From Candidatus Micrarchaeota archaeon (lineage in GTDB: Archaea > Micrarchaeota > Micrarchaeia > Anstonellales > Anstonellaceae): DNA of 16,457 bases. The stretch covers positions 1 through 16,457 of the forward strand of contig JBDRNY010000056.1 in assembly GCA_043810635.1 (NCBI GenBank), given 5' to 3'. Shown here one piece after another: positions 8,521 through 16,457 of this stretch; position 1 is the stretch's first letter; each line of letters starts with the position of its first letter. Both the position numbers and the translations under genes were made by a program. The notes beneath the pieces were generated by a model that saw only the letters and a program-made list of their open reading frames with translations, searched no databases and was not told where the DNA came from.

Positions 8521-8760
8521 TCATTCATTTTTTTCAAGAAGTCTGATTGACTCGGCTTTGTGAGTGTCTGCTCTTGTAAGATGGGGCTTAAGGTTCAACT
8601 CTGATGGGGGAATATTCTCATAATAATTTTTCTGCTTATGCAGAGCATTGAAATATTTTTCAGGATATTGTTTTACCAATTTCACTGCTTTAGTAAATAT
8701 GCTTTCCTCTCCTGAAGTTCCGATTTTTGGCCTATTAAAACTAATGCGTTTTGTTTTCAT
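8521..8760 (-). CDS. Hypothetical protein, 79 aa
   Basis: Fills the gap between convergent neighbours without overlap. A TTATAAA element lies on the minus strand about 23-29 nt upstream of the ATG. Confidence 0.6.
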   Translation of the reverse strand: MKTKRISFNRPKIGTSGEESIFTKAVKLVKQYPEKYFNALHKQKNYYENIPPSELNLKPHLTRADTHKAESIRLLEKNE

Positions 8761-8816
8761 AATTTAATTATGCAAATAAAGATTTATAAGTGCATTACGC
8801 ATTATTTGCTAAACTA

Positions 8817-9728
8817 TCACACTCTTGTTTTTCCAATCAAAACAAGCAATTCAGGAAATTGGGAAATGTTTATTACCGGCTTTTCAATTCTTTCTGTATC
8901 ATCAATCAATCTTGGGCAGGCAGTTGTTATATAGGCATCAAATATATTGAAATCTTTTAATGAAATGAAATCAATTTCATTGCTTACCAAAATTTGCGCA
9001 TTTTTTCCTAATTCCTTTAATTTCTTTTTTGCATTTTCCGCAATTTTCAAATTAAACTGCCCGGTTTTTGTGCTTAATATTATTCCTATTGTTTTTGCCT
9101 GGGAAGCTGCAATAAGCATTCCTTTTTCTTTTTTTCTTTTTTTCTCCAAATGTTCATTGATAAATTCGCTTCCTTTTGCATATGGATTTACTGCCAATAT
9201 GGGTTTTTTCACATCTATTCCAAGGGGGTGGAATTTTCCTCCGCCAAAATATATTATTGCATCAACTTTATCTGCTAATTTTGATGCGGCATATGCATCG
9301 CACCCCAATACCTGGCCTTCCATTGATGCAAGCGCGCCTTTTTCTGTAAATATTTCATGCCCTGCATCTGTGAGGATTTTTTTCATTTCATTTAATTGGT
9401 GGATGTGTGAAACCGTTGTTACTAAAGCAAGCTTTTTGTAATTTTTTAATTTGGGAAGGGAATTTTTTAGTGCCTGCAAATTTGCATCTATTGGAAATAA
9501 TTTGTATTCTATATTAATTTCTTTTTCATTTGTTTCTTGGAATTTGGAATGCCCGTAATGTATCAATTTTTGTGCACCTATTTTTTTTGCCTCATCAATT
9601 GCCAAATCGCACGCGCCCCAGCAGGGAGAAGAGGAAAGAAATATTTCATGCCCCTCTTTTTCATATTTCCCTGCTTCGGCTAAGGCATATTGCTTAAGCC
9701 CTTGGGGAAATTGCAGTAATATTTTCAT
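8817..9728 (-). CDS. dph2: 2-(3-amino-3-carboxypropyl)histidine synthase (diphthamide biosynthesis Dph2)
   Basis: Motifs LQFPQGLK, CWGACD, HYGHS, GQVLGCD and TACPR, including the three Fe-S-binding Cys motifs. Confidence 0.96.
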   Translation of the reverse strand: MKILLQFPQGLKQYALAEAGKYEKEGHEIFLSSSPCWGACDLAIDEAKKIGAQKLIHYGHSKFQETNEKEINIEYKLFPIDANLQALKNSLPKLKNYKKLALVTTVSHIHQLNEMKKILTDAGHEIFTEKGALASMEGQVLGCDAYAASKLADKVDAIIYFGGGKFHPLGIDVKKPILAVNPYAKGSEFINEHLEKKRKKEKGMLIAASQAKTIGIILSTKTGQFNLKIAENAKKKLKELGKNAQILVSNEIDFISLKDFNIFDAYITTACPRLIDDTERIEKPVINISQFPELLVLIGKTRV

Positions 9729-9789
9729 AATAAAACCTGGAGGGTGTAGTTATGATATATGAAAATTTGAGTTTTTAACCGTTTTCTTT

Positions 9790-10599
9790 TCACAAAAAGG
9801 TCAAAAGCCAGCTTCCCAAAAGAAAGCTTGCAAGATTCATAATTATGGCAAGCAATAATGCTTTTAGCATGGAAATTTCACGGGAATTAAATGCGAAAAT
9901 GACAAAAGCTTCAAATAAGATGGCAAACACTTCTGCATAAACCAAATAGCTGGCGTCGGTTATAAGCACTGGAAATAAGAACCATACTGCGGGGAGGGTT
10001 ATCACATTTGCCCCAATTGCTGTTAATACCATCCTTCTTGAGAATTTTGTGAAAACCATGTAAACAAGCAAAATTGTGATTTCGATTATAAGGGTGATGA
10101 AAAGGCCTGCAACAAACAAAAGTATGAGACCGGAATAGGCAAGCAACCCTCCAAAATTCGGAAGCACATCAATATCATCAGGAAGTGAAGAATCCAGGTT
10201 AAATACGTCTATTCTTGTGCCTTTTTCCCCCACCAATATTTCGGAATCTGTTATGTAAAGAGGGTAGGTATAGCCTGAGGAAGGGCGGTAGAAAATATTG
10301 CTTTCGCGGGTGGTTCCGTTTGAGAAATTTATTTTTATTTTGTGATATTCAGAATATCCGTAAGACATGGAATTGCAGTTTGTTTGGTTGCATTCAAAAT
10401 ATTGGGGGCCCATTTCTTCCAGTGTGTGCGCATTGGTGCATTCCTCATCTTCGCATTCTATTAGTTCAGCATCAGCAATTGCCACTTCCTCGCTTGTATT
10501 AAATATTATATTGAAATCCATTGTCGGCTTCGGGCCGATGTCTGCAAATGCAAATGAAGAAACAAGCAGCAATAGCAATGCAAAATATGCTGTTTTCAT
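9790..10599 (-). CDS. Membrane protein with a signal peptide, Cys-containing extracellular domain and about 4 C-terminal TM helices
   Basis: Signal peptide MKTAYFALLLLLVSSFAFA followed by DIGPKP, Cys motifs CEDEEC and CNQTNC, and a hydrophobic C-terminus (TLIIE, ANVITLPAVW, AEVFAILFEA). Confidence 0.85.
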   Translation of the reverse strand: MKTAYFALLLLLVSSFAFADIGPKPTMDFNIIFNTSEEVAIADAELIECEDEECTNAHTLEEMGPQYFECNQTNCNSMSYGYSEYHKIKINFSNGTTRESNIFYRPSSGYTYPLYITDSEILVGEKGTRIDVFNLDSSLPDDIDVLPNFGGLLAYSGLILLFVAGLFITLIIEITILLVYMVFTKFSRRMVLTAIGANVITLPAVWFLFPVLITDASYLVYAEVFAILFEAFVIFAFNSREISMLKALLLAIIMNLASFLLGSWLLTFL

Positions 10600-10620
10600 G
10601 CTTGAGAAAAGGATTGGAGA

Positions 10621-10636
10621 TATTTAAACGTTTCTG
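10621..10636 (-). promoter_or_regulatory. BRE-TATA promoter
   Basis: Minus strand reads CAGAAAcgTTTAAATA, with the TATA 22-29 nt upstream of ATG 10599. Confidence 0.65.
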
Positions 10637-10642
10637 AATAGT

Positions 10643-12388
10643 TTAAAATTTCAATCCTCTTCTTGAGGAAATAAATGAAAGGAAAGAGGAAACACTATCC
10701 CAGCCGATTACTATCATGCCGAATAACGGGATGAGGTTGAGCGCATTGAATGCGGTTGGAAGCTGGAGAAGGGAGAAAAATACTGGAAGAAGCAGGAATA
10801 TTATGAAAAAGAAAATCAATATAAGGAAATTTCTGATAACCCGCCTTCCTATCCTCTCCCCTCCGGGGCTTGAGCGCGTAAACACTGCCACAATAGCATC
10901 TGCAAGCAGCATAAGCTGCCTTCCTATTTGTATAAGGGTGGGCAGAAACACCAAAATAACCCCTCCAAGTATGAAATAAGATATATGCACCTGCCTGCCT
11001 AAAATTTCAAAGCTAAGGTCACTGAAAAACCTCATTAAAAGTATGAGAATTGAGCCTATTATTGCAAACCCTTTCATGCAATTCAAGGTAGAGAGAAATA
11101 TCCTTCTTGCATCCATTATATACTGCCCCCGCCCTTCAAATTCAGAAACAAGCGCGCCGACATATTCCCGAAGCCGTGAAATATTGCGGAATACATAATG
11201 CTTTGAAAGCCTGCAGCATACTAGAAACCTGTAAAGCTTGTCCCGGTTTGCAAGCAGCAAAGAGGAAAATATTGTGGTGAGGAATATTATTGCCGCCAGA
11301 GTGGAAATCAAGTCAAATGCGAGCACAATGCCGGATGCTTCTTTTGCAATTAGGAGGGAAAATTCGCTTATTACAGCAAATGATGCGCCTGCCATGAGCG
11401 CCTGCCTGAAATCATAGCCAAGCAAATAGACAACAGACATTACTATGAAAAATGCGGACGCGGAAAAAACAATTGAAAGCAAAGATACCTGCAAAATGAT
11501 TCCAAAAAGCGCAAGAGGGGATATAAAAAGCCCTATTGAAAGAAAGAAAAATGATGAAAAGGCGTAGGAGAAGGGAGACATGCTTTTTTCAACAGCTTTT
11601 TTTATCGGAAGCCCTGCAAGAATGCTTCCTGAAACAAAAGCCCCTATTGCAGGAGAAAGCCCTATTGCCGCCGAAAGAAATGCAAGCAAAAGGGTGAGGC
11701 CCAGGGAAAGGAGTATTACATACTCATCAGTCAGGTGTGCAACAAATCTTCTTAAAAGCCTGTCAAGCACTCCCAAAATTATAAGGTATACAAACCCCAT
11801 TACAACAAGCGAAAAAAATATTGGCAAAAGAAACGAGCTGAGGGAAGGCAGGGCGCCCAAAGATTGGTGCTTTATTGATGAAACAACAGTAAGCACGGTT
11901 ACTGCCACAATATCTTCAACTATTAATATGGATATGAGAAGCGGAACCTGCGAAGAGTCGACAAGCTTGTGATAGGTAAGCTGGCGCACGAAAATTGCGG
12001 TGGAAGAGAAAGAAAAGCATGCCCCAAGCAAAATAGCCTCGATATAAGTCAGCCCGAGAAGCAATCCCGCCTCATAGCCCACAACAAACAAAAGAAGCAT
12101 TATTGCACTTGCAGCCATTACCGCCTTCACGCTTGAGCCGATGAGCTTGCTTATTGAAAATTGAAGCCCTATGGAAAAAAGCAGAAGGGCTGCGCCGAAT
12201 TCTGCAAGCACTTCTATTGCCTCATTGTCGGAAATTATGCCAAGCACGTTGGGACCTATTATTGCGCCGACTGCCAAAAGCCCGATAACTGTGGGCTGCC
12301 TAAACCTTGCCGAAAGAAGCCCGCCTATTAATGCAAAAATCGAGAAAAGCCCGAAAGACAGGAAGAATTGGTCTATGAATTGCGACAT
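10643..12388 (-). CDS. Cation:proton antiporter (CPA2/Kef-like) with extra C-terminal TM segments
   Basis: Motifs GAIIGPNVLG, LLLFSIGLQFS, SFSSTAI, LIVEDIVAV, LSPAIGAF, FFFLSIG and ISEFSLLIA. No TrkA-N/RCK GxGxxG motif seen. Confidence 0.9.
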   Translation of the reverse strand: MSQFIDQFFLSFGLFSIFALIGGLLSARFRQPTVIGLLAVGAIIGPNVLGIISDNEAIEVLAEFGAALLLFSIGLQFSISKLIGSSVKAVMAASAIMLLLFVVGYEAGLLLGLTYIEAILLGACFSFSSTAIFVRQLTYHKLVDSSQVPLLISILIVEDIVAVTVLTVVSSIKHQSLGALPSLSSFLLPIFFSLVVMGFVYLIILGVLDRLLRRFVAHLTDEYVILLSLGLTLLLAFLSAAIGLSPAIGAFVSGSILAGLPIKKAVEKSMSPFSYAFSSFFFLSIGLFISPLALFGIILQVSLLSIVFSASAFFIVMSVVYLLGYDFRQALMAGASFAVISEFSLLIAKEASGIVLAFDLISTLAAIIFLTTIFSSLLLANRDKLYRFLVCCRLSKHYVFRNISRLREYVGALVSEFEGRGQYIMDARRIFLSTLNCMKGFAIIGSILILLMRFFSDLSFEILGRQVHISYFILGGVILVFLPTLIQIGRQLMLLADAIVAVFTRSSPGGERIGRRVIRNFLILIFFFIIFLLLPVFFSLLQLPTAFNALNLIPLFGMIVIGWDSVSSFLSFISSRRGLKF

Positions 12389-12432
12389 ACCAAATTACCT
12401 TTTTTATTTTCTTCCGCCTTGCCGGAAATTTC

Positions 12433-14937
12433 CTAATCATCAAATTCCAGCTTTTCCGGGGAGGATTTTTCCTCTAATTTTGAAAGCCGCTTTAGCAATA
12501 CTTTCATTTCAGCAGAAGCAACAATCCTTCTGGTTCTTTCCACTGCATCCGGATTTACTGACATCGAAGTAACTCCGAATTGCACCAATTTTTCTGCAAA
12601 TTCAGGGTAGACTGATGGCGCCTGGCCGCACAAAGAAACAGTTACTCCGTGTTTATTGCATGCGCGCACCACTGTTTCAATGGATTTTAATACTGCAATA
12701 TTTCTTTCATCAAACCCTTCTGCCAAAGTGGAATTGTCCCTGTCTATTCCCAAAGTAAGCTGCGTCAAGTCATTGGAGCCGATAGACACTCCGTCAATTC
12801 CTTCTTTGCAAAATTCGTCTATTAATACAACAGTTGAAGGCACTTCAACCATCATCCATAATTTGAAATCCCTTGTGCGGTGTATTCCGTTTTCTTTTAG
12901 CATGTCTTTTATTGCCCTTATTTCGCCTATTCTGCGCACAAAAGGTATCATAAGCCACAAATTTTTCATCCCATATTCTTCCCTTACTCTTTTTAGCGCC
13001 TGCAATTCCATTGCAAACACTTCCGGCTCGTGTATATATCTTGCGCACCCCCGGTAGCCCATCATCGGGTTTGCCTCTTCAGGCTCAAATTCTTCCCCTC
13101 CTTCCAAATTTCTGTATTCATTTGTTTTGAAATCTGTTGCCCGGTATACTACAGGGCGGGGATAAAATGCATTTGCAAATATTCTTAATTTTCCAGCCAA
13201 AGCATCAATAAATTCCTGCTGCCTCCCTTCCTTGATTAATTTCCTTGGGTGGACTCCGATATCTGCAATCATAAATTCTGCGCGCAATAATCCTACCCCG
13301 TCACAGGGCATTTTAGACACTTTTTTAGCCAAATCCACTTCAGCCAAATTTACATATATTTTTGTGCCTGTGGGCACATAAGTTGCTCCTGCAAATCCAA
13401 GAGGCCCCTGAGAGCCATTTTCCTCTTTTGTTTCAGGCTCTGCAATATCTGCATCTCCATCATACACCCTGCCCATGACAGCATCAACAGTAATAAATTG
13501 CCCTTCCTCCAATACTTTGGTTGCTTTCCCGGTGCCTACTACACAAGGCACTCCTAATTCCCGGGATACAATTGCTGCATGGCATGTGATTCCCCCGGAA
13601 TTTGTAACAATTGCCGCCGCTTTTTTCATTGCAGGCACAAAATCAGGGGTTGTCATTTCAGTTACCAATATTTCCCCTTTCTGCATTTTGCCCATTTCTT
13701 TTGAACTTGCCAAAAGCCTTACTTTTCCTTTCCCCACTCCCGGAGATGCTGCCAATCCAGATAATATTACTTCTGCCGAGCCTCCTGAAGGAGCAGCTTC
13801 TTCTGAAATTTCCGGCTCTTCTTCTTTTTCCCTTGAAAATGCAGCGCCTGACATAACATCTTCCACCTCCTCATCAACATCTTCAACATTCCCCTCGCCA
13901 ACATCCTCAGCAGCCGAGAATTTGTTTTCAATCATTTTTGCATATTCCCCGCTTTTCACAGCTTGCAAAGATTTTCCGCTCAAAGTTGTAATAGGGCGGG
14001 ATTGCACTATGTATAATTTATTGTCTTGCAATGCCCATTCCAAATCCTGCGGACTTTTATAATGGGCTTCTATTTTTGCGCATATTTTTGATAATTCAAC
14101 TATTTGCAAATCTGTTAATTTCTGCTCTTCCATCTTATCTTCATCAACATCAATTTTCTCGTTTTTCTCCCTTACTTTCATCAAAGCCCAAGTTTGCTTT
14201 GCAACATCTTTTGTTTCTATGTCAAATGTGCCTTTTCTTACCAAATACCTGTCAGGGGTGACCGAGCCAGACACTACCACTTCCCCCAATCCATATGCGC
14301 TTTCTATTGATATCATGCCCAAATCCTGTGAAACAGGGTCTACTGTAAATGTTACTCCCGCAACTTCTGATTGAATCATTTCCTGCACAACCGCAGCCAA
14401 TCCCACTTTCATATGCTCAAAATTGTTTTGCACCCTGTAATAAATCGCCCTCGGAGTAAAAAGAGAGGCCCAGCAGTCTTTTACTGCCTGCACCACTTCC
14501 GCATCCCCGCTTATATTTAGAAAAGTGGCTTGTTGCCCTGCAAAAGAAGCCTCGGGCAAATCTTCGGCAGTTGCAGATGAGCGCACTGCAACATATACTT
14601 CCTCGCCCCCTTTCTCTTCGCACATTTTTTTATAAGCATCAATTATATCGCTTCTTATATCATCAGGAATTTCCCCTGAAATAACTCTTGATTTTATAAG
14701 CTCGGCTGTTTTTGTCAATTTGTCAGAATCTTCAACATCCAAATTATCAAGCATCTCGTGCAAAAAAGGCTCAAAATCATTATGCTCTATAAATTTGAAA
14801 TAAGCTCCTGCGGTGGTTACAAATCCGCCGGGTATGGGAAAATCGGCTGCAGCCATTTCCCCTAAATTCGCCCCCTTCCCCCCTACTTCCAAGAGGTTGG
14901 ATTTGTTTATTTCTTTAAACCACATGATATTTTTCAT
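12433..14937 (-). CDS. ppsA: Phosphoenolpyruvate synthase (pyruvate, water dikinase)
   Basis: Motifs VGGKGANLGEM, VAVRSSATAEDLPEASFAGQQ, VQSRPITT, GGITCHAAIVSRELG (phospho-His), GVGLLRAEF, EANPMMGYRG and SIGSNDLTQ. Start revised to ATG 14937 (MKNIMWF). Confidence 0.97.
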   Translation of the reverse strand: MKNIMWFKEINKSNLLEVGGKGANLGEMAAADFPIPGGFVTTAGAYFKFIEHNDFEPFLHEMLDNLDVEDSDKLTKTAELIKSRVISGEIPDDIRSDIIDAYKKMCEEKGGEEVYVAVRSSATAEDLPEASFAGQQATFLNISGDAEVVQAVKDCWASLFTPRAIYYRVQNNFEHMKVGLAAVVQEMIQSEVAGVTFTVDPVSQDLGMISIESAYGLGEVVVSGSVTPDRYLVRKGTFDIETKDVAKQTWALMKVREKNEKIDVDEDKMEEQKLTDLQIVELSKICAKIEAHYKSPQDLEWALQDNKLYIVQSRPITTLSGKSLQAVKSGEYAKMIENKFSAAEDVGEGNVEDVDEEVEDVMSGAAFSREKEEEPEISEEAAPSGGSAEVILSGLAASPGVGKGKVRLLASSKEMGKMQKGEILVTEMTTPDFVPAMKKAAAIVTNSGGITCHAAIVSRELGVPCVVGTGKATKVLEEGQFITVDAVMGRVYDGDADIAEPETKEENGSQGPLGFAGATYVPTGTKIYVNLAEVDLAKKVSKMPCDGVGLLRAEFMIADIGVHPRKLIKEGRQQEFIDALAGKLRIFANAFYPRPVVYRATDFKTNEYRNLEGGEEFEPEEANPMMGYRGCARYIHEPEVFAMELQALKRVREEYGMKNLWLMIPFVRRIGEIRAIKDMLKENGIHRTRDFKLWMMVEVPSTVVLIDEFCKEGIDGVSIGSNDLTQLTLGIDRDNSTLAEGFDERNIAVLKSIETVVRACNKHGVTVSLCGQAPSVYPEFAEKLVQFGVTSMSVNPDAVERTRRIVASAEMKVLLKRLSKLEEKSSPEKLEFDD

Positions 14938-14999
14938 AGAGCAAAACCCCCGCAAACATAACTGTATTCAGAAAGGAGGATAAAGTTTTTAATAAGATT

Positions 15000-15065
15000 T
15001 TACTCCCTCCTCCCGTGCCAAAACATGTGGTCTTTGTCAAATGGATGCAGAAGGAAGGTTTGCAA
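15000..15065 (-). repeat. Orphan diverged duplicate of the fibrillarin 3' end (partner at 16295-16360)
   Basis: Encodes [21 protein letters not shown] versus [21 protein letters not shown] in flpA. The 32-bp core (15013-15044 vs 16308-16339) has 2 synonymous mismatches, and the stop codons align. Confidence 0.92.
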
Positions 15066-15107
15066 TAGCAAGGAAGAAACCATTTAATAGCAGCAAAAGA
15101 ATAGTAG

Positions 15108-15195
15108 GTTACCACACAAAAAACATCTAAAATGTGTGCTAACTTTTACGAGGTTGTTTTTAGGCATACATTTGAAGCTTGAAATGTGTGCTAAC
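15108..15195. promoter_or_regulatory. Two imperfect palindromes built from TGTGTGCTAAC-like half-sites upstream of fic
   Basis: GTTACCACACA (15108-15118) pairs with TGTGTGCTAAC (15133-15143). GCATACATTT-gAAGCTTg-AAATGTGTGC spans 15164-15191. AAATGTGTGCTAAC occurs twice in direct orientation. Confidence 0.55.
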
Positions 15196-15219
15196 CATTA
15201 ATAACCTTGCCTTCCAGAT

Positions 15220-16164
15220 ATGCGCATGCGGGTAAGAAGGAAAACAGTAAAGGGGAGGTTTTATTACTATCTCGAGGAAACACTCAGGCTTGAAAAGCCG
15301 GAAGTCTATTCCGTATTTTTGGGGAAAAAAATACCTGGAAAAAGAATGCTTGCCAAGCATAAGCAAAAACTTAGGGAAAAGATTTATTCTGATTTGCTGG
15401 GCAATGCCCAAAAAATATTCCTTGCAAAAGAGCAACTGATAGAGGCGGAAATGAAAAGGAGGCAGTTTAATGAAAAAACAAAAAAAATGGGCATAAGCAA
15501 AAGGGATGAAAAGGATGAAGTTGAAACTGTAAACTTTGTTTATACTACGCTCAGCACTGAAGGGATACTGATAACAAAGGCAGATGCAAATTTGGCATAC
15601 AAAATTTCGCAAAAAAGTGTGCATTCTGTGCGCGAAGAAAGCCTCAAAGTTGCGCTTGACATGATAAAGGGCTTGAGGGAGGTAAAAGAAAGCAGGAAAG
15701 GAGTTTCCCTTGATTTTATAGAATACCTGCACAGAATTATAATGGCAGAATATAAGGAAAAAAATCCTGGAAAATACAGGATGAAACAGGCATATATTTA
15801 CCTCAAAAGCTATGAAAAGGTTGAAGAAATCGGCTTCAGGCCTTCTGCACCCAAAAAAATAAAAAAAGAGCTTGAAAAGCTTGTTGAATGGTATAATTCA
15901 AGCATGGGAAAATTGAATGCAATAGAATTTGCGGCTTTGTTCCATCTGCGCTTTTACATGATACACCCGTTTGAGGACGGCAACAAAAGAATGTCAAGGC
16001 TTCTTCTCAACAAGGCTTTGCAGGATGCGGGCTATCCCATTTTGAATATATCAAAAAATACTGAGAAATATTTTGATGCGCTTGTAAAATCCGTTGAAAA
16101 AAAAGATGAAAAGCCGTTTGTTTTGTTTGTTTTTAATGAATTTTTGCAAAGCATGCGAAAATAA
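15220..16164 (+). CDS. Fic/Doc family protein with an N-terminal basic beta-rich domain
   Basis: Catalytic motif HPFEDGNKRMSR, inhibitory (S/T)xxxE(G/N) motif TLSTEG, PGKYR flap region and N-terminal RRKTVKGRFYYYLEE..SVFLG. Confidence 0.93.
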   Translation: MRMRVRRKTVKGRFYYYLEETLRLEKPEVYSVFLGKKIPGKRMLAKHKQKLREKIYSDLLGNAQKIFLAKEQLIEAEMKRRQFNEKTKKMGISKRDEKDEVETVNFVYTTLSTEGILITKADANLAYKISQKSVHSVREESLKVALDMIKGLREVKESRKGVSLDFIEYLHRIIMAEYKEKNPGKYRMKQAYIYLKSYEKVEEIGFRPSAPKKIKKELEKLVEWYNSSMGKLNAIEFAALFHLRFYMIHPFEDGNKRMSRLLLNKALQDAGYPILNISKNTEKYFDALVKSVEKKDEKPFVLFVFNEFLQSMRK

Positions 16165-16293
16165 CTATTTAAAACCCAACTTTTTTACTAATTCTTCATG
16201 TGAAATAGTTCGGCCTGCTTTGATGTCAGCCAACCCTTGCTTAATTGATTTGATAAATCCTTTTGAATATTTTCCCTCGTCGTCTTTGTACAT
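16165..16293 (-). CDS. Small antitoxin-like protein, 42 aa (not in the ORF track)
   Basis: Manual translation gives MYKDDEGKYSKGFIKSIKQGLADIKAGRTISHEELVKKLGFK. The ATG is 1 nt after the flpA stop, and its stop directly abuts the fic stop. Confidence 0.65.
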   Translation of the reverse strand: MYKDDEGKYSKGFIKSIKQGLADIKAGRTISHEELVKKLGFK

Positions 16294-16294
16294 A

Positions 16295-16457
16295 TCAATG
16301 CCACACTCCATGCCAAAACATATGGTCTTTGTCAAATGGGTCTAAAAGAATAGTTTGAATTGTCTTAAATTTCGCATTTTCCAATTGATTTACAACTTCA
16401 ATATATGTTTTTTTCGGCTTTTGGGTTACGTCTATAGATTGGCTTTTTATGGCAAAA
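16295..16457 (-). CDS. flpA: Fibrillarin-like rRNA/tRNA 2'-O-methyltransferase, 3' end only (cut by the window edge)
   Basis: Manual translation gives [53 protein letters not shown], matching the fibrillarin C-terminal motifs IKxxSIDV and LxP(F/Y)xKDH. Confidence 0.9.
   Translation of the reverse strand, partial: FAIKSQSIDVTQKPKKTYIEVVNQLENAKFKTIQTILLDPFDKDHMFWHGVWH

Noticed and set aside
8758..8772. Palindrome CATAATTTAATTATG over the start of the 79-aa ORF
   Set aside because: A single AT-rich occurrence is not enough to call an operator.
13771..13980. Intein in ppsA
   Set aside because: Too short and low in complexity, with no His-Asn/Cys splice junction.
15000..15083. 27-aa [30 protein letters not shown] as an independent gene
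   Set aside because: Better explained as the flpA 3' remnant; the in-frame ATG has no SD and may be fortuitous.
15095..15105. 11-bp AAAAGAATAGT match to flpA 16344-16354
   Set aside because: AT-rich and out of register with the 1295-bp repeat offset, so it could be chance.
1..16457. tRNA, rRNA, CRISPR array, integrase or transposase
   Set aside because: I found no cloverleaf, regularly spaced repeat array or recombinase/transposase motif by eye.

Overview
Archaeal chromosomal segment. The gene content, GGTGA ribosome-binding sites and BRE/TATA promoters support this; a DPANN/Micrarchaeota-like lineage is my inference. Housekeeping genes are rps8e, cgi121, dph2, ppsA, a CPA2 cation:proton antiporter and the 3' end of fibrillarin (flpA, absent from the ORF track). 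Accessory or uncharacterised genes are a zinc-finger/HTH/Vsr-type endonuclease, a secreted CAP-domain protein, a large protein with degenerate VWA-like segments, a divergent pair (tandem winged-helix protein and a winged-helix/coiled-coil gene split by one in-frame TAA), a membrane protein and a Fic protein. The most striking structure is two small integrase-less cassettes, each bounded by a diverged duplicate of the end of a conserved gene. One has the SD plus first 25 codons of rps8e repeated 666 bp apart. The other has the last ~20 codons of flpA repeated 1295 bp apart. Both carry 42-aa ORFs missed by the ORF track and antitoxin-like fragments.
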